IMG/VR virus record: IMGVR_UViG_3300028588_000038
Span: 1 to 43,591 of that record
Length of the DNA: 43,591 bases
Strand: one strand, 5' to 3'
Source of the DNA: a virus
Taxonomy: Duplodnaviria; Caudoviricetes
A program made the translations under genes and the position numbers. Below are positions 15,456 through 24,048 of the stretch, piece after piece. The notes beneath the pieces were generated by a model, which ran no database searches, was not told where the DNA came from, and saw only the letters and a program-made list of their open reading frames with translations. Every line of letters begins with the position of its first letter. The stretch's first letter is position 1.

Positions 15456-16200
15456 AGAGCGCCCAATCCTCTTCAGCGCGCCGATGGTGCGCGCGCTGCT
15501 CGACGGCAGCAAGACGCAGACGCGGCGGGCCTTGAAAGTGCGATGCCAGGAGATCGGCGAGCGCGACGACGGTAGCCGCTGGCCATGGTCCGAGCACCCG
15601 GACAACGCTGGCGACCACTGGCACGCCTGCCCATACGGCCAGCCCGGCGACCGCCTGTGGGTGCGCGAAATTTGGGGCGTCGTCAGCAACGACTGGGACG
15701 CCGACGGCAACCTGGTCGACTGGACGCCCGACCGGCCGGCGACGGCAGTCAACGAGATGCGCTTCGGCCAAGGCTATTACTCGGGCCATGCGATCTACGC
15801 GGCCGACGGTTCGTACGAGTGGGCCGGCGACGACGATGGCGGCGGGGAGCCGCGTTCAGCCTGGCATCCGTCCATCCACATGCCGCGCGCGGCCAGCCGC
15901 ATCCTGCTCCAGATGGTGTCGGTGCGCGTCGAGCGCCTGAACGACTGCAGCAAGAAGGACGCGATCGCCGAAGGCATCCATCGCTACGAGCACGTCTGGC
16001 GCGACGCCGAGTACCCGCTGGAGGACGTCGCCTACGAGCCGGTGAAAGGATCGCCGACCCGCTACTCGTGCCCAGTCCAGGCGTACCAAGCCCTGTGGGA
16101 AAGCATCAACGGTCCCGGCAGCTGGGACGCCAACCCCTGGGTGTGGGTGGTCGAGTTCAAGCGGGCGGCAGCTCCTACCAGCCAGGGAGAGGCCAAGTGA
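15448..16200 (+). CDS. ASCH/PUA-like phage protein
   Basis: ERPILFSAPMVRALLDGSKTQTRR...CPYGQPGDRLWVRE...WHPSIHMPRAASRI...WDANPWVWVVEF. Confidence 0.88.
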   Translation: MHKERPILFSAPMVRALLDGSKTQTRRALKVRCQEIGERDDGSRWPWSEHPDNAGDHWHACPYGQPGDRLWVREIWGVVSNDWDADGNLVDWTPDRPATAVNEMRFGQGYYSGHAIYAADGSYEWAGDDDGGGEPRSAWHPSIHMPRAASRILLQMVSVRVERLNDCSKKDAIAEGIHRYEHVWRDAEYPLEDVAYEPVKGSPTRYSCPVQAYQALWESINGPGSWDANPWVWVVEFKRAAAPTSQGEAK

Positions 16201-16277
16201 GCGACAAGCCGATCAGCGAAATGACCAATGCCGCACCATTAAATAAACCTCCAATGAGCGAGAAGGAGAAAGAATAA

Positions 16278-16520
16278 ATGAGGAAGCTTGGAACCAAAAC
16301 CTTTCAGTCGAGGAAGTCGCAAGCAAATATCGAACGGATCGTCCAAGCCCTGAGGCGACCGATGACGGCAAACAGGGCAGCCGACATGCTTTGCATGACA
16401 CATGGAACGGTAGCGGGATACCTGAGCTATCTACAATGCGACCCGCCGCGAATTCGCATTGTCGGCAACGAAAAGCGGGCGCCCGTTTATCAGTCCATTA
16501 ACGCGGCGAGTCCGAAATGA
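16278..16520 (+). CDS. Small wHTH-like protein
   Basis: AAGGAG RBS; PMTANRAADMLCMTHGTVAGYL. Confidence 0.65.
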   Translation: MRKLGTKTFQSRKSQANIERIVQALRRPMTANRAADMLCMTHGTVAGYLSYLQCDPPRIRIVGNEKRAPVYQSINAASPK

Positions 16521-16681
16521 GCGACATCATAAACCTGCGCGAGACACCGATATTTGCACTGGAAAGCGAAGTGTCCCAACGAGTCAAGGCTCTGCTGCAC
16601 GAATACGACGGGCGGCTGTCGCTAGTCGCTGCGCTTGGAATTCTCGAGGTGGTCAAGAGCGAACTTCTGAAGACACATTAA
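16517..16681 (+). CDS. 54-aa hypothetical protein
   Basis: ATGA overlap; YDGRLSLVAALGILEVVKSEL. Confidence 0.6.
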   Translation: MSDIINLRETPIFALESEVSQRVKALLHEYDGRLSLVAALGILEVVKSELLKTH

Positions 16682-16863
16682 AGATCAATGCCCGCCTCAA
16701 TAAGGCAGCTCTGGCACGGGAATGCTGGGTTTAAAGCACCTAAATCTAGTGGGTGTTTGCCGAATAGATTGGATACCGGGGCGGGCGCCCTATTAAGTCG
16801 CCGGCGCGCTGCACTCGCGCGGCCCACAACGAATGGCTTGCTGCCGAATTTAAGGAATGAACC

Positions 16864-17496
16864 ATGACCACTACCACCCAAGGCGCGAGCGCCGAACTTC
16901 TTCCATGCCCGTTCTGCAAATCAGAAGTGAGCAATTCGGGGAAACTCATGCACGAAATTGATTGCTACATCATGCGCCCGAGCGAAGCGGCCTGGAACCG
17001 CCGCGCCGCCCAGCCTGCCGCCCCTGTAGTACCAGAAGGCTACGTGCTGGTGCCGAAGGAGCCGACCAACGAGCAGTGGCGCGCCGGCATCGATGAGTGG
17101 AATAGCGTGCACGGCACACCAGCTGGAGAGGACGAGCTGCCGAATACTCTCTACCGCGCGATGATCGCAGCCGCCCCACAGGTAGTACCGCAAGCCGAGC
17201 AGGTGGCGAAGGCTGCGTACGGCCCGGTTCACGTTGTTGGCGACTTGGTGCGCAACCTGCTCACGCTCGACCAGTCCGCGCCGATCTACGCCGCATTTCA
17301 TGTGGACTTCGACGGCAGGCGCCGTTGCCGGACGCGCCCCGTTATGACCTCGTGGGAACGTGTCGTAGCTGGCAAGTGGGTAGAAAGCTCACGCATCGAC
17401 GCTCCCTACTCTGTGGTCGTGTGGGCCAAGCCTCAACCGGGCGAAGCTGTCGCCACTCCCGAGCGCGCAGCGGCACCGGAGCATGAAAAGAAATAG
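16864..17496 (+). CDS. Lar-like (restriction alleviation) N-terminal mosaic protein
   Basis: ELLPCPFC...AAWNRRA then VPEGYVLVPKEPT...YRAMIAAAP modules; TAAGGA RBS. Confidence 0.7.
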   Translation: MTTTTQGASAELLPCPFCKSEVSNSGKLMHEIDCYIMRPSEAAWNRRAAQPAAPVVPEGYVLVPKEPTNEQWRAGIDEWNSVHGTPAGEDELPNTLYRAMIAAAPQVVPQAEQVAKAAYGPVHVVGDLVRNLLTLDQSAPIYAAFHVDFDGRRRCRTRPVMTSWERVVAGKWVESSRIDAPYSVVVWAKPQPGEAVATPERAAAPEHEKK

Positions 17497-17530
17497 CTTT
17501 TTCGAAGCCTAACCAGTGATATTATTGATG

Positions 17531-17652
17531 TGTCGGCTTGGTCTCCGATAACACAAACTGGTAAGGCTTCTTGAGCACCCTGGCGGATACCAGTCCGCTA
17601 GACCAACCCCTATCCGAAAAGATGGGGGAGGGTGCTTCAAGAAGCCTTTTTT
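17531..17652 (+). ncRNA. C4-like antisense RNA/attenuator no. 2 with upstream a1/b1-like targets
   Basis: Stem AAGGCTTCTTGAGCACCCT / AGGGTGCTTCAAGAAGCCTT followed by a T-run. Internal TACCAGT and AGACCAA are complementary to upstream ACTGGTA and TTGGTCT. Confidence 0.7.
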
Positions 17653-17666
17653 ATTGGGCGAGCGAA

Positions 17667-18167
17667 ATGCAAAAGAGGACGATTGCACTAGAAAGGTTGA
17701 AGGAAGTTTATTCCTACAATCCGGAAACGGGATTATTCGGTCGCCTGAAAGGGCGCGCAAAGAAGGTGGGCACGATCGAAGATGGGTATGTGGTAATAAA
17801 AATCGACAAGGTAAATCACAGGGCGCACATACTTGCTTGGCTTTACGTTTATGGGGAAATCCCGGCAAAGGAAATCGACCACATAAACAACGAGCGTGCC
17901 GACAACCGGATTGAAAATTTGCGCTTGGCAACGGCAGGACAGCAAATGGCAAATAAGATGCTTTCGAAGCTGAATACTAGTGGTTTTAAAGGCGTCGGCT
18001 TGAGAAAGGGAAGAAAGCCATATGGTGCCACGATCAGTTTCAACAGAAAGCAAATATCGCTCGGCTCATTCGAAACCATAGATGAAGCTGCTCACGCCTA
18101 CAACAAAGCCGCAATCAGGTATTTCGGTGATTTTGCCGTACTGAACCCAATCGGACAAGACAAATGA
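17667..18167 (+). CDS. HNH-AP2 homing endonuclease
   Basis: YNPETGLF...RAHILAWLYVYG...IDHIN..RADNRIENLRLAT...NTSGFKGV...LGSF...EAAHAYNKAA..YFGDFA; AT-richer than its neighbours. Confidence 0.9.
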   Translation: MQKRTIALERLKEVYSYNPETGLFGRLKGRAKKVGTIEDGYVVIKIDKVNHRAHILAWLYVYGEIPAKEIDHINNERADNRIENLRLATAGQQMANKMLSKLNTSGFKGVGLRKGRKPYGATISFNRKQISLGSFETIDEAAHAYNKAAIRYFGDFAVLNPIGQDK

Positions 18168-18349
18168 AACCGCCCCTCCGCTGCCGCCTCGGCTTCCACG
18201 CCTGGCGCTACGTGGGCAATTCACACCGCCACTGCACATGCTGCCCTGCTCGCGAGTTCTACGACCGAGACGAGGACATGGGCTGGGGTGGGCTGTGGGT
18301 TGACGATAACGAGAGCGCCAAGAGTGGCGCACAGAAAGGAATGGAATGA
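18164..18349 (+). CDS. Small Cys/His protein (DUF1660-like)
   Basis: CRLGFHAW...CTCC. Confidence 0.6.
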   Translation: MKPPLRCRLGFHAWRYVGNSHRHCTCCPAREFYDRDEDMGWGGLWVDDNESAKSGAQKGME

Positions 18350-18903
18350 AAACTGCAGCGCAAAAAATGTACGAAAGCTGGCAGCATTCTCACCCAAGCC
18401 GGGGCAGCATCCCGCCATGGGAAAAAGCAGCGCCTGAAGCGCGGGCGGAGTGGGAAGAGCGTGCTGCGCAGCCAGTACCTGAGCGAAGCGAAATGCAGGG
18501 CGAGAGCATCGCAACTTGGCAGGAGCGGGCGCAGGCCGAACTCGGCACCCATTGGCGCGGCTACAAGCCAGACAGTTTCATGAAAGCCGAGATTGCCGAG
18601 CTGCGCGCTGCACTCGCTCGCCGCGCTACCGCAGGCAATGCCGCACCGAGCGCAATTTGCGAGGCATGCGGCGGGGATGGCAGCGTGCAATGCGGTGGAT
18701 TCGGGGATTTACTGGGCAATACCGCACCGACCGAAGCTGTTGAAGGGGGAGCATCCGCCCTGCGCGCGGAACCGGCAGGCCAACACGATGCAAGCGCGTG
18801 CGACCACGATTGGCCTGAGAAGGACGGACAGACCGACATTGACGGCGCGTGCACGAAGTGTGGTCGGTCGTTCCAACGGTACATCCATATGGATTGTCTA
18901 TGA
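18346..18903 (+). CDS. Mosaic hypothetical protein with Zn-finger-like modules
   Basis: CEACGGDG and CDHDW...CTKCG modules; ATGA coupling. Confidence 0.7.
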   Translation: MKTAAQKMYESWQHSHPSRGSIPPWEKAAPEARAEWEERAAQPVPERSEMQGESIATWQERAQAELGTHWRGYKPDSFMKAEIAELRAALARRATAGNAAPSAICEACGGDGSVQCGGFGDLLGNTAPTEAVEGGASALRAEPAGQHDASACDHDWPEKDGQTDIDGACTKCGRSFQRYIHMDCL

Positions 18904-19040
18904 ACACAGGCGCTTACTGGTGCGTAATCTGTGGCCGTGCCATCGAGCCAGAGCGGAAAGACAGCGGCAATGTGTATGTGCATGACGATGTGCCGCATCC
19001 CGAAACCATGACATTTGACGAAGAAAGCAACCCGCAATGA
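18900..19040 (+). CDS. 46-aa hypothetical protein
   Basis: MNTGAYWCVICG...; ATGA overlaps on both sides. Confidence 0.6.
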   Translation: MNTGAYWCVICGRAIEPERKDSGNVYVHDDVPHPETMTFDEESNPQ

Positions 19041-19762
19041 GCACTCAAGAGAATAACCAGAGCGATTCGCAAAAGATGGCACGGGATGCGTCCTTGTATC
19101 GGGCGCTACGCTCGATGCACTGGAACGATGGCAAGCTCGCTGTAATTGAAGCGCGTGATCTGAAGTTAGGTGTGCAAACCTATTCCGGCGATATGCTTGA
19201 TGAGGCCATTTTTCGATTCGCCTCGGTAGCTGAACAGATTGAACCGCTCGACCTAGCCAAGATCAAGAGCGTAGTCATGCGGGAGCGTGCGCAGCATGAA
19301 GTGGTTGTTCAGTTCGGGCGCTCGAATGTTGCCGCTAAAAAATTCCTTCGCCAATTCGGCGGGATGGTGCTAGCAGTAACCGCGACGGCTGAACAGTCCG
19401 AGGCTACCCGGTGCCGCGCGGAGGGCGGCGTTACATGCAACAACGACAGCGCCAATCTTGCCACTGCACCGGGCGAACTGACAGATTCGATCCTTATCGG
19501 CATTGGCTCTGCTATGCAAAACGTCGGGATAGAAGAAGGCTTGCGGCGGGCTCGCAAAGTCCTCGCCAGCACTGCCGGGGCTGTGCCAGTCACGCCGCAA
19601 CATATCGAGCAAATTAAAGACCTGTTGCTGCCTCCAGTCACGGAGGACGACGCCCGCACGGCCCGCGACTTGCTCCAATCGCTGCATTTCGATTTGTCGA
19701 TGGCTCAGCAAGATGCTACCCCATCTAACACTTCGCCAGTAGGCGCAAAGGAGAAAGAATAA
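19037..19762 (+). CDS. Mosaic hypothetical protein
   Basis: RDASLYRALR...LDEAI module; coupled ORF. Confidence 0.7.
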   Translation: MSTQENNQSDSQKMARDASLYRALRSMHWNDGKLAVIEARDLKLGVQTYSGDMLDEAIFRFASVAEQIEPLDLAKIKSVVMRERAQHEVVVQFGRSNVAAKKFLRQFGGMVLAVTATAEQSEATRCRAEGGVTCNNDSANLATAPGELTDSILIGIGSAMQNVGIEEGLRRARKVLASTAGAVPVTPQHIEQIKDLLLPPVTEDDARTARDLLQSLHFDLSMAQQDATPSNTSPVGAKEKE

Positions 19763-19990
19763 ATGAGCGCACTTGGTTTAATTACGATTTATATTGGCAT
19801 GTTGTTATTTGATGCTGCAGTACTTGCCGGGGCAGCCTTTCTAATTGCAGAGCGCGATTGGTCGGCATGGTGGATGCTGGCCGCATTCTTTATCTGCGCC
19901 GGTTCCAATCCTAAAGGCATCATCACAGCTTGGCGGTCCCAGAATGTTTCGGATTCATCGCCAGTAGGCGCAGAAAGGAAAAGACCGTGA
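19763..19990 (+). CDS. Small membrane protein
   Basis: Two hydrophobic segments; AAGGAG RBS. Confidence 0.65.
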   Translation: MSALGLITIYIGMLLFDAAVLAGAAFLIAERDWSAWWMLAAFFICAGSNPKGIITAWRSQNVSDSSPVGAERKRP

Positions 19991-20337
19991 GCCAGGAAAG
20001 CGAACAGTACCGCGTCGGCTTTGAAGCGTGGGCGCGTAGCAACGATATAACTGTGGGGCGCTACAGCGACGGCACGTATGTTGGCATGATCGAATGGGCG
20101 TGGAAATCGTGGTGCGCGTCAAAAAGCGAAGCCAACATTGGTGCTATTGCAGAAGTTCCACCACTGCCACAAGGATTAGGCGGTGGCCGATACATTTCGG
20201 CTGAAGATGCGCAGAAATATGGCGAGGCATGCTATCAAGCAGGATATCGCGATGGCAGTAAATCATGTGGCTTTACAGGCGATCCAACTACCATCCACAG
20301 CAGTACATTTAACCAAGGGGAAGAGAATGCCAAGTAA
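19987..20337 (+). CDS. Hypothetical protein
   Basis: GTG start; FEAWA...AWKSWCA motif common in phage early genes. Confidence 0.65.
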   Translation: MSQESEQYRVGFEAWARSNDITVGRYSDGTYVGMIEWAWKSWCASKSEANIGAIAEVPPLPQGLGGGRYISAEDAQKYGEACYQAGYRDGSKSCGFTGDPTTIHSSTFNQGEENAK

Positions 20338-22411
20338 CGAGAAGATGAGGAAAGCGATGGCAGAGGCTATCGCTGTGCTGCAAGCTGGGCTGGCCGAGGA
20401 TGAGCCGCCGGTGGTGACGCCGCCTGTTGTCGAGCCACCAGCGCCTGTGCCTGTGCCGCCAGTCGTTCAACCGCTGCCGCAGGAAAAGTCCATCACGCGC
20501 GTGATCGTGCAGAGCACCAGCGACAAGGTGCAGACGAACGTGCCGATCACCTTCGGTCAGGTGTTTGCTATCGGCGATCTGCCGGCTGGCAAAGGGCTGA
20601 AGGGCATGCAGTTGGACGTCAAGGCTACGCACCCTGACGGCTCGGTGCGGCATGCGGTGGTGTCGACGATCCTAGTGCAACTGGAGCATGGCAAAGATGT
20701 CACACTAGAGCTAGTTCCAGTGATCTCTGCGGCGCAAAAGCCAAGAAAGCTGATGCCACGGCAGTTTGTACTGGCGCGCTTCAGTGCAATCATTAATGGC
20801 TTCACATACGTCGCGGAAAGCGAGGCTAATGTCGAGAGTCTAGGGTGGCTGGCAGGCGAATTCGTAACCGAACTAGAATCGGCATCGCCCCTGATTGGCA
20901 CCGATGGAAAGCCGCACCCGCATTTGCACGCGAGTTTCGCTACCCGCTGCTACGATGAAGGTCGAGTGCGCGTCGATGTAGTGGTCGAAAACGACTGGGC
21001 CTACGAGCCTGCACCTCAGAACTTTACCTACGACGCCGTAATAGAAGTCGGTGGCAAGGTGGTGTACGAACAGAAGGCGATGAACCACTACCATCACTCG
21101 CGCTGGCGCAAGATTTTCTGGCATGGAGAAGAGCCGCAGGTGCACGTCAAGCACGACACCGCCTACCTGATCGCCAGCCGCGCGCTCCCGAACTACGACC
21201 AGTCCATCACCATTACGGAAAAGACGCTGGCCGACTGGGCTAAGCGTTGGGACAAGGCGCCGAAAGAACCGATGACGGTCGGCTTGTCCGTCAAGGGCAT
21301 GGCCATGACCGGCGGGCGCCCTGACATCGGCATCCTGCCGGCGTGGTCCGCACTGTACCTGCTGTCGATGGACAAGCGGCTCAAAGACGCCATGCTCGGC
21401 ACCGCCGATCTGGCTGGCACGTGGTCAATGCACTACCGCGACAAGAATACCGGCCAGCCGCTGAGTTTGATCGATTTCCCTTATATGACCGAAGTAGGCA
21501 CAAGCGGTGACGCGAAGAACCCGGTGACCAAGAAGTCGGAGAAAGCCCCATCGACAGTCAAGGGGCTTAACAAAACCCCTTTCAGCCACGATACCTCGCA
21601 CCAGCCAGGTTTCGCTTATCTGCCTTATCTTGTGACCGGGGATCGCTACTACCTGGATGAGTTGCAATCGTGGGCCATGTGGAACGTGTTCCAGTCGAAC
21701 CCGGGCTACCGTAAGAACATACAAGGCATCGTGTGGCGCGGCCAAGTACGTGGAACGGCCTGGACTCTGCGCACACTGGCCCAGTCCGCGTACATCACAC
21801 CCGACGGCGACCGTCTGAAGGAACACTTCGCTCGCATAATGAAATCGAACATCGACTATGGCATCGAGACCTTCGTTCGTGCGCCGACCGCAAACAAGAT
21901 CGGCATCTACACTGCGCCGGGTGCTGTGGTCTACCAGGACAAGACCGCCATCGGAACTTTCCAGGATGAGTTCCTGACCGCCGCCCTGGGCTACGTGGTT
22001 GAGCTCGGGTTCACCGAGGCGCTACCGCTGCTGGAGTGGAAAGCCAAGTTCGTCACCGAGCGGTTGCTGGGCGCGGGCACCAACTGGCTGGCTGCGGCCA
22101 ACTACACTTGGCCGGTGAAAGAGACCCCGGACGGGTCTGAGTTCACCACCATCGAGCAGGCGTATAAAGAACTGTATTCGCGTTTGAACGTCGGCACCGA
22201 TAAGGATGATGTAGCCGCTAGGAAGCGCCTCGACAGCGGCGGCAAGGACCTGGGGGGCTATCCGACGTCGCCTGAGGGCTTCCCGGCCAACATGCAGCCG
22301 GCTGCCGCGTACGCCGCCCAGTTCAACCCGGCAGTGTGGGCCAAGTTCGAATCGCGCGATCCGAAGCCCAACTACGGCACAGGCCCACAGTTTGCTATCG
22401 TGCCTCGCTAA
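20327..22411 (+). CDS. Large putative polysaccharide-lyase-like protein (PcRGLX/PL26-YetA-like architecture suspected)
   Basis: VPITFGQVF..GDL...QLDVKATHPDGSVRHAVVS N-terminal barrel; helical C-terminus with HQPGFAYLPYLVTGDRYYLDEL and QVRGTAWTLR; Pro-rich linker; GC-rich codons. Confidence 0.55.
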   Translation: MPSNEKMRKAMAEAIAVLQAGLAEDEPPVVTPPVVEPPAPVPVPPVVQPLPQEKSITRVIVQSTSDKVQTNVPITFGQVFAIGDLPAGKGLKGMQLDVKATHPDGSVRHAVVSTILVQLEHGKDVTLELVPVISAAQKPRKLMPRQFVLARFSAIINGFTYVAESEANVESLGWLAGEFVTELESASPLIGTDGKPHPHLHASFATRCYDEGRVRVDVVVENDWAYEPAPQNFTYDAVIEVGGKVVYEQKAMNHYHHSRWRKIFWHGEEPQVHVKHDTAYLIASRALPNYDQSITITEKTLADWAKRWDKAPKEPMTVGLSVKGMAMTGGRPDIGILPAWSALYLLSMDKRLKDAMLGTADLAGTWSMHYRDKNTGQPLSLIDFPYMTEVGTSGDAKNPVTKKSEKAPSTVKGLNKTPFSHDTSHQPGFAYLPYLVTGDRYYLDELQSWAMWNVFQSNPGYRKNIQGIVWRGQVRGTAWTLRTLAQSAYITPDGDRLKEHFARIMKSNIDYGIETFVRAPTANKIGIYTAPGAVVYQDKTAIGTFQDEFLTAALGYVVELGFTEALPLLEWKAKFVTERLLGAGTNWLAAANYTWPVKETPDGSEFTTIEQAYKELYSRLNVGTDKDDVAARKRLDSGGKDLGGYPTSPEGFPANMQPAAAYAAQFNPAVWAKFESRDPKPNYGTGPQFAIVPR

Positions 22412-22879
22412 CTAGCGCAGCGAATCGTAAGCAGCGTAGCAAGCCCTCAGGGCTTCTCGCTGCTCGTCGGCGTCTCTAGCGATCCCGAGAGCCACTGCTG
22501 CATCCTCTCGGTATAACTCTGCCCCAGTGGCGCCTTGGCAATTGGTGGTGGGACTGGACACTGAACCTGTGCTGGAGGGCCTTGCGGAACGGTTCTGCAG
22601 CCTGGCAATAGCAGCAGCACTGTCAGAGCGAATACGGGCGATTTCATTGGCTTTCTCCTGTTCAATCTGGCCGGCACGAGCAGACAAGCGTTGTTCTTCT
22701 TGGCGCGCGGCGACTTCATCTTTCACGCGCTGCACTTCGCGTTGCCGCAGTTCTTCGTTATACTGCGCCTGAATCTTGTCAATCTTGTGCACGTAGACAT
22801 AGCGCGTGCTCACACCGCCAGCAGCTACCCCGACAGCCAGACAAAGGGCAGCGATTGGCCAAGTTGGAATAATCTTCAT
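22412..22879 (-). CDS. Rz: Rz-like inner-membrane spanin
   Basis: N-terminal TM, coiled coil, C-terminal ADEQREALRACYAAYDSL. Confidence 0.85.
   Translation of the reverse strand: MKIIPTWPIAALCLAVGVAAGGVSTRYVYVHKIDKIQAQYNEELRQREVQRVKDEVAARQEEQRLSARAGQIEQEKANEIARIRSDSAAAIARLQNRSARPSSTGSVSSPTTNCQGATGAELYREDAAVALGIARDADEQREALRACYAAYDSLR
22447..22647 (-). CDS. Rz1: Rz1-like outer-membrane lipoprotein spanin fully embedded in Rz
   Basis: MKSPVFALTVLLLLPGC lipobox, Pro-rich CPVPPP, own AGGAG RBS, alternative frame. Confidence 0.85.
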   Translation of the reverse strand: MKSPVFALTVLLLLPGCRTVPQGPPAQVQCPVPPPIAKAPLGQSYTERMQQWLSGSLETPTSSEKP

Positions 22880-23034
22880 AAGGCCCTCACCTTAACGTGT
22901 TTGATGATCCTCGCAGCTATCTTCTCGCAATCCGGCTCCAACCCATGCAACGCTGCGAAGAAGCCACACATGCGAGCATACGGCATTGCCCACCAGGGGA
23001 GCGACAAGGTAACCGTAATGTTCTTCGCAGCCAT
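22876..23034 (-). CDS. 52-aa hypothetical protein in the lysis cassette
   Basis: MAAKNITVTLSLPWWAMPY...; starts right after the endolysin stop. Confidence 0.55.
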   Translation of the reverse strand: MAAKNITVTLSLPWWAMPYARMCGFFAALHGLEPDCEKIAARIIKHVKVRAL

Positions 23035-23035
23035 A

Positions 23036-23578
23036 TCAAACCCCCACTCGGTTAGCAATCCACCCGTATATGAATGCACGGTTAGCAGGCCGCGTCTCGG
23101 CCAGCTCAAAGTAGCGAGCACCCTGCAAACAATTCAAAGCACGGACCATGACTACTTCCCCCTCCGTGCCTCGGCGATTGAGGAATGACTTAAGGGCCAA
23201 GACGGTAGCTTGGCCTATCTTGCCATCTACGACCAATGGTTGAGCAGCGTCGTTAAAAAGGTTCAGTGCGCGCTGTAGCCACAGACCTGGCACGCCAACC
23301 CCCATGTTCACAGCGGTATCGAACAGCTCTTCGGCAATCGCAACGGAAAGCAGATGGATTTGATCGTACCCCGGCTTGATGAAATACTTGTCTCGGTAGA
23401 TTTTCTCGGCCAACCCGCGCGGAAGGTCTTGCATGCGACCGGTATAGCCGTTCTGGCGTGCGACTGCCTCCGTGATCCCAAAATTGGTGGAGCCACCCTT
23501 GTCGGCGGGATGGTTGCTGTATCCGCCTTCTTTGCGGATTACCTCATCGATCATCTGGTTGATGGTCAAGCGTGGCAT
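23036..23578 (-). CDS. Endolysin, glycoside hydrolase family 108 with C-terminal PG-binding domain
   Basis: EGGYSNHPADKGGSTNFGIT...FDTAVNMG...LQRALN...DGKIG..T...F.YGWIANR. Confidence 0.92.
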   Translation of the reverse strand: MPRLTINQMIDEVIRKEGGYSNHPADKGGSTNFGITEAVARQNGYTGRMQDLPRGLAEKIYRDKYFIKPGYDQIHLLSVAIAEELFDTAVNMGVGVPGLWLQRALNLFNDAAQPLVVDGKIGQATVLALKSFLNRRGTEGEVVMVRALNCLQGARYFELAETRPANRAFIYGWIANRVGV

Positions 23579-24048
23579 TATTGCGGGCTTTCTTCGCGGG
23601 GTGCAGCTGGAGGATCTTGGGTGGCGACAGTGGTATTCTTACCTAGTGCTTGAGCTACTCTAGGGAAGAAACCGTTGTTCAGCACCATATCAATAAATTT
23701 AGCATTACCTGCTCCGCCGAGGATTATGGCAAGGCAAGTTTGTGGCCAAGCCCATTCCCACCAAACTGCCACCAAGAAGAGGATGACACCGGCCAGCAGA
23801 GAGAAAATAACGTCTTTGATAATCTCTCCCCATACATTGATAATGATGACGGCGGGGTTGATTATTTTTGGAAGCGTGGCAGCCATGCCACCGAGAATAG
23901 AAAGTACGGCTACATAGCCAAGTGCTTTCAAAGGAATAGATTCGATACCTTCAGCGAATGAGAGATCGGCGGCGTATGCAATTCCAGCCCAGCAGAATAA
24001 TAGATAGACCCACAGTACGTGGTTTAGCTGGGTTTTCTGTGCCACCAA
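23578..24048 (-). CDS. Putative holin
   Basis: Multiple TM helices directly upstream of the endolysin. Confidence 0.65.
   Translation of the reverse strand: MVAQKTQLNHVLWVYLLFCWAGIAYAADLSFAEGIESIPLKALGYVAVLSILGGMAATLPKIINPAVIIINVWGEIIKDVIFSLLAGVILFLVAVWWEWAWPQTCLAIILGGAGNAKFIDMVLNNGFFPRVAQALGKNTTVATQDPPAAPREESPQ

Noticed and set aside
14223-16277. Long alternative-frame and antisense ORFs (245, 261, 230 aa)
   Set aside because: GC-rich shadows of the Ea22-like and ASCH-like genes.
17571-17666. N-terminal extension of the HNH-AP2 ORF
   Set aside because: Overlaps the structured RNA and terminator; ATG 17667 is the more plausible start.
20183-20326. Upstream start for the 742-aa ORF
   Set aside because: Overlaps the preceding gene; ATG 20327 has an AAGGGG RBS.
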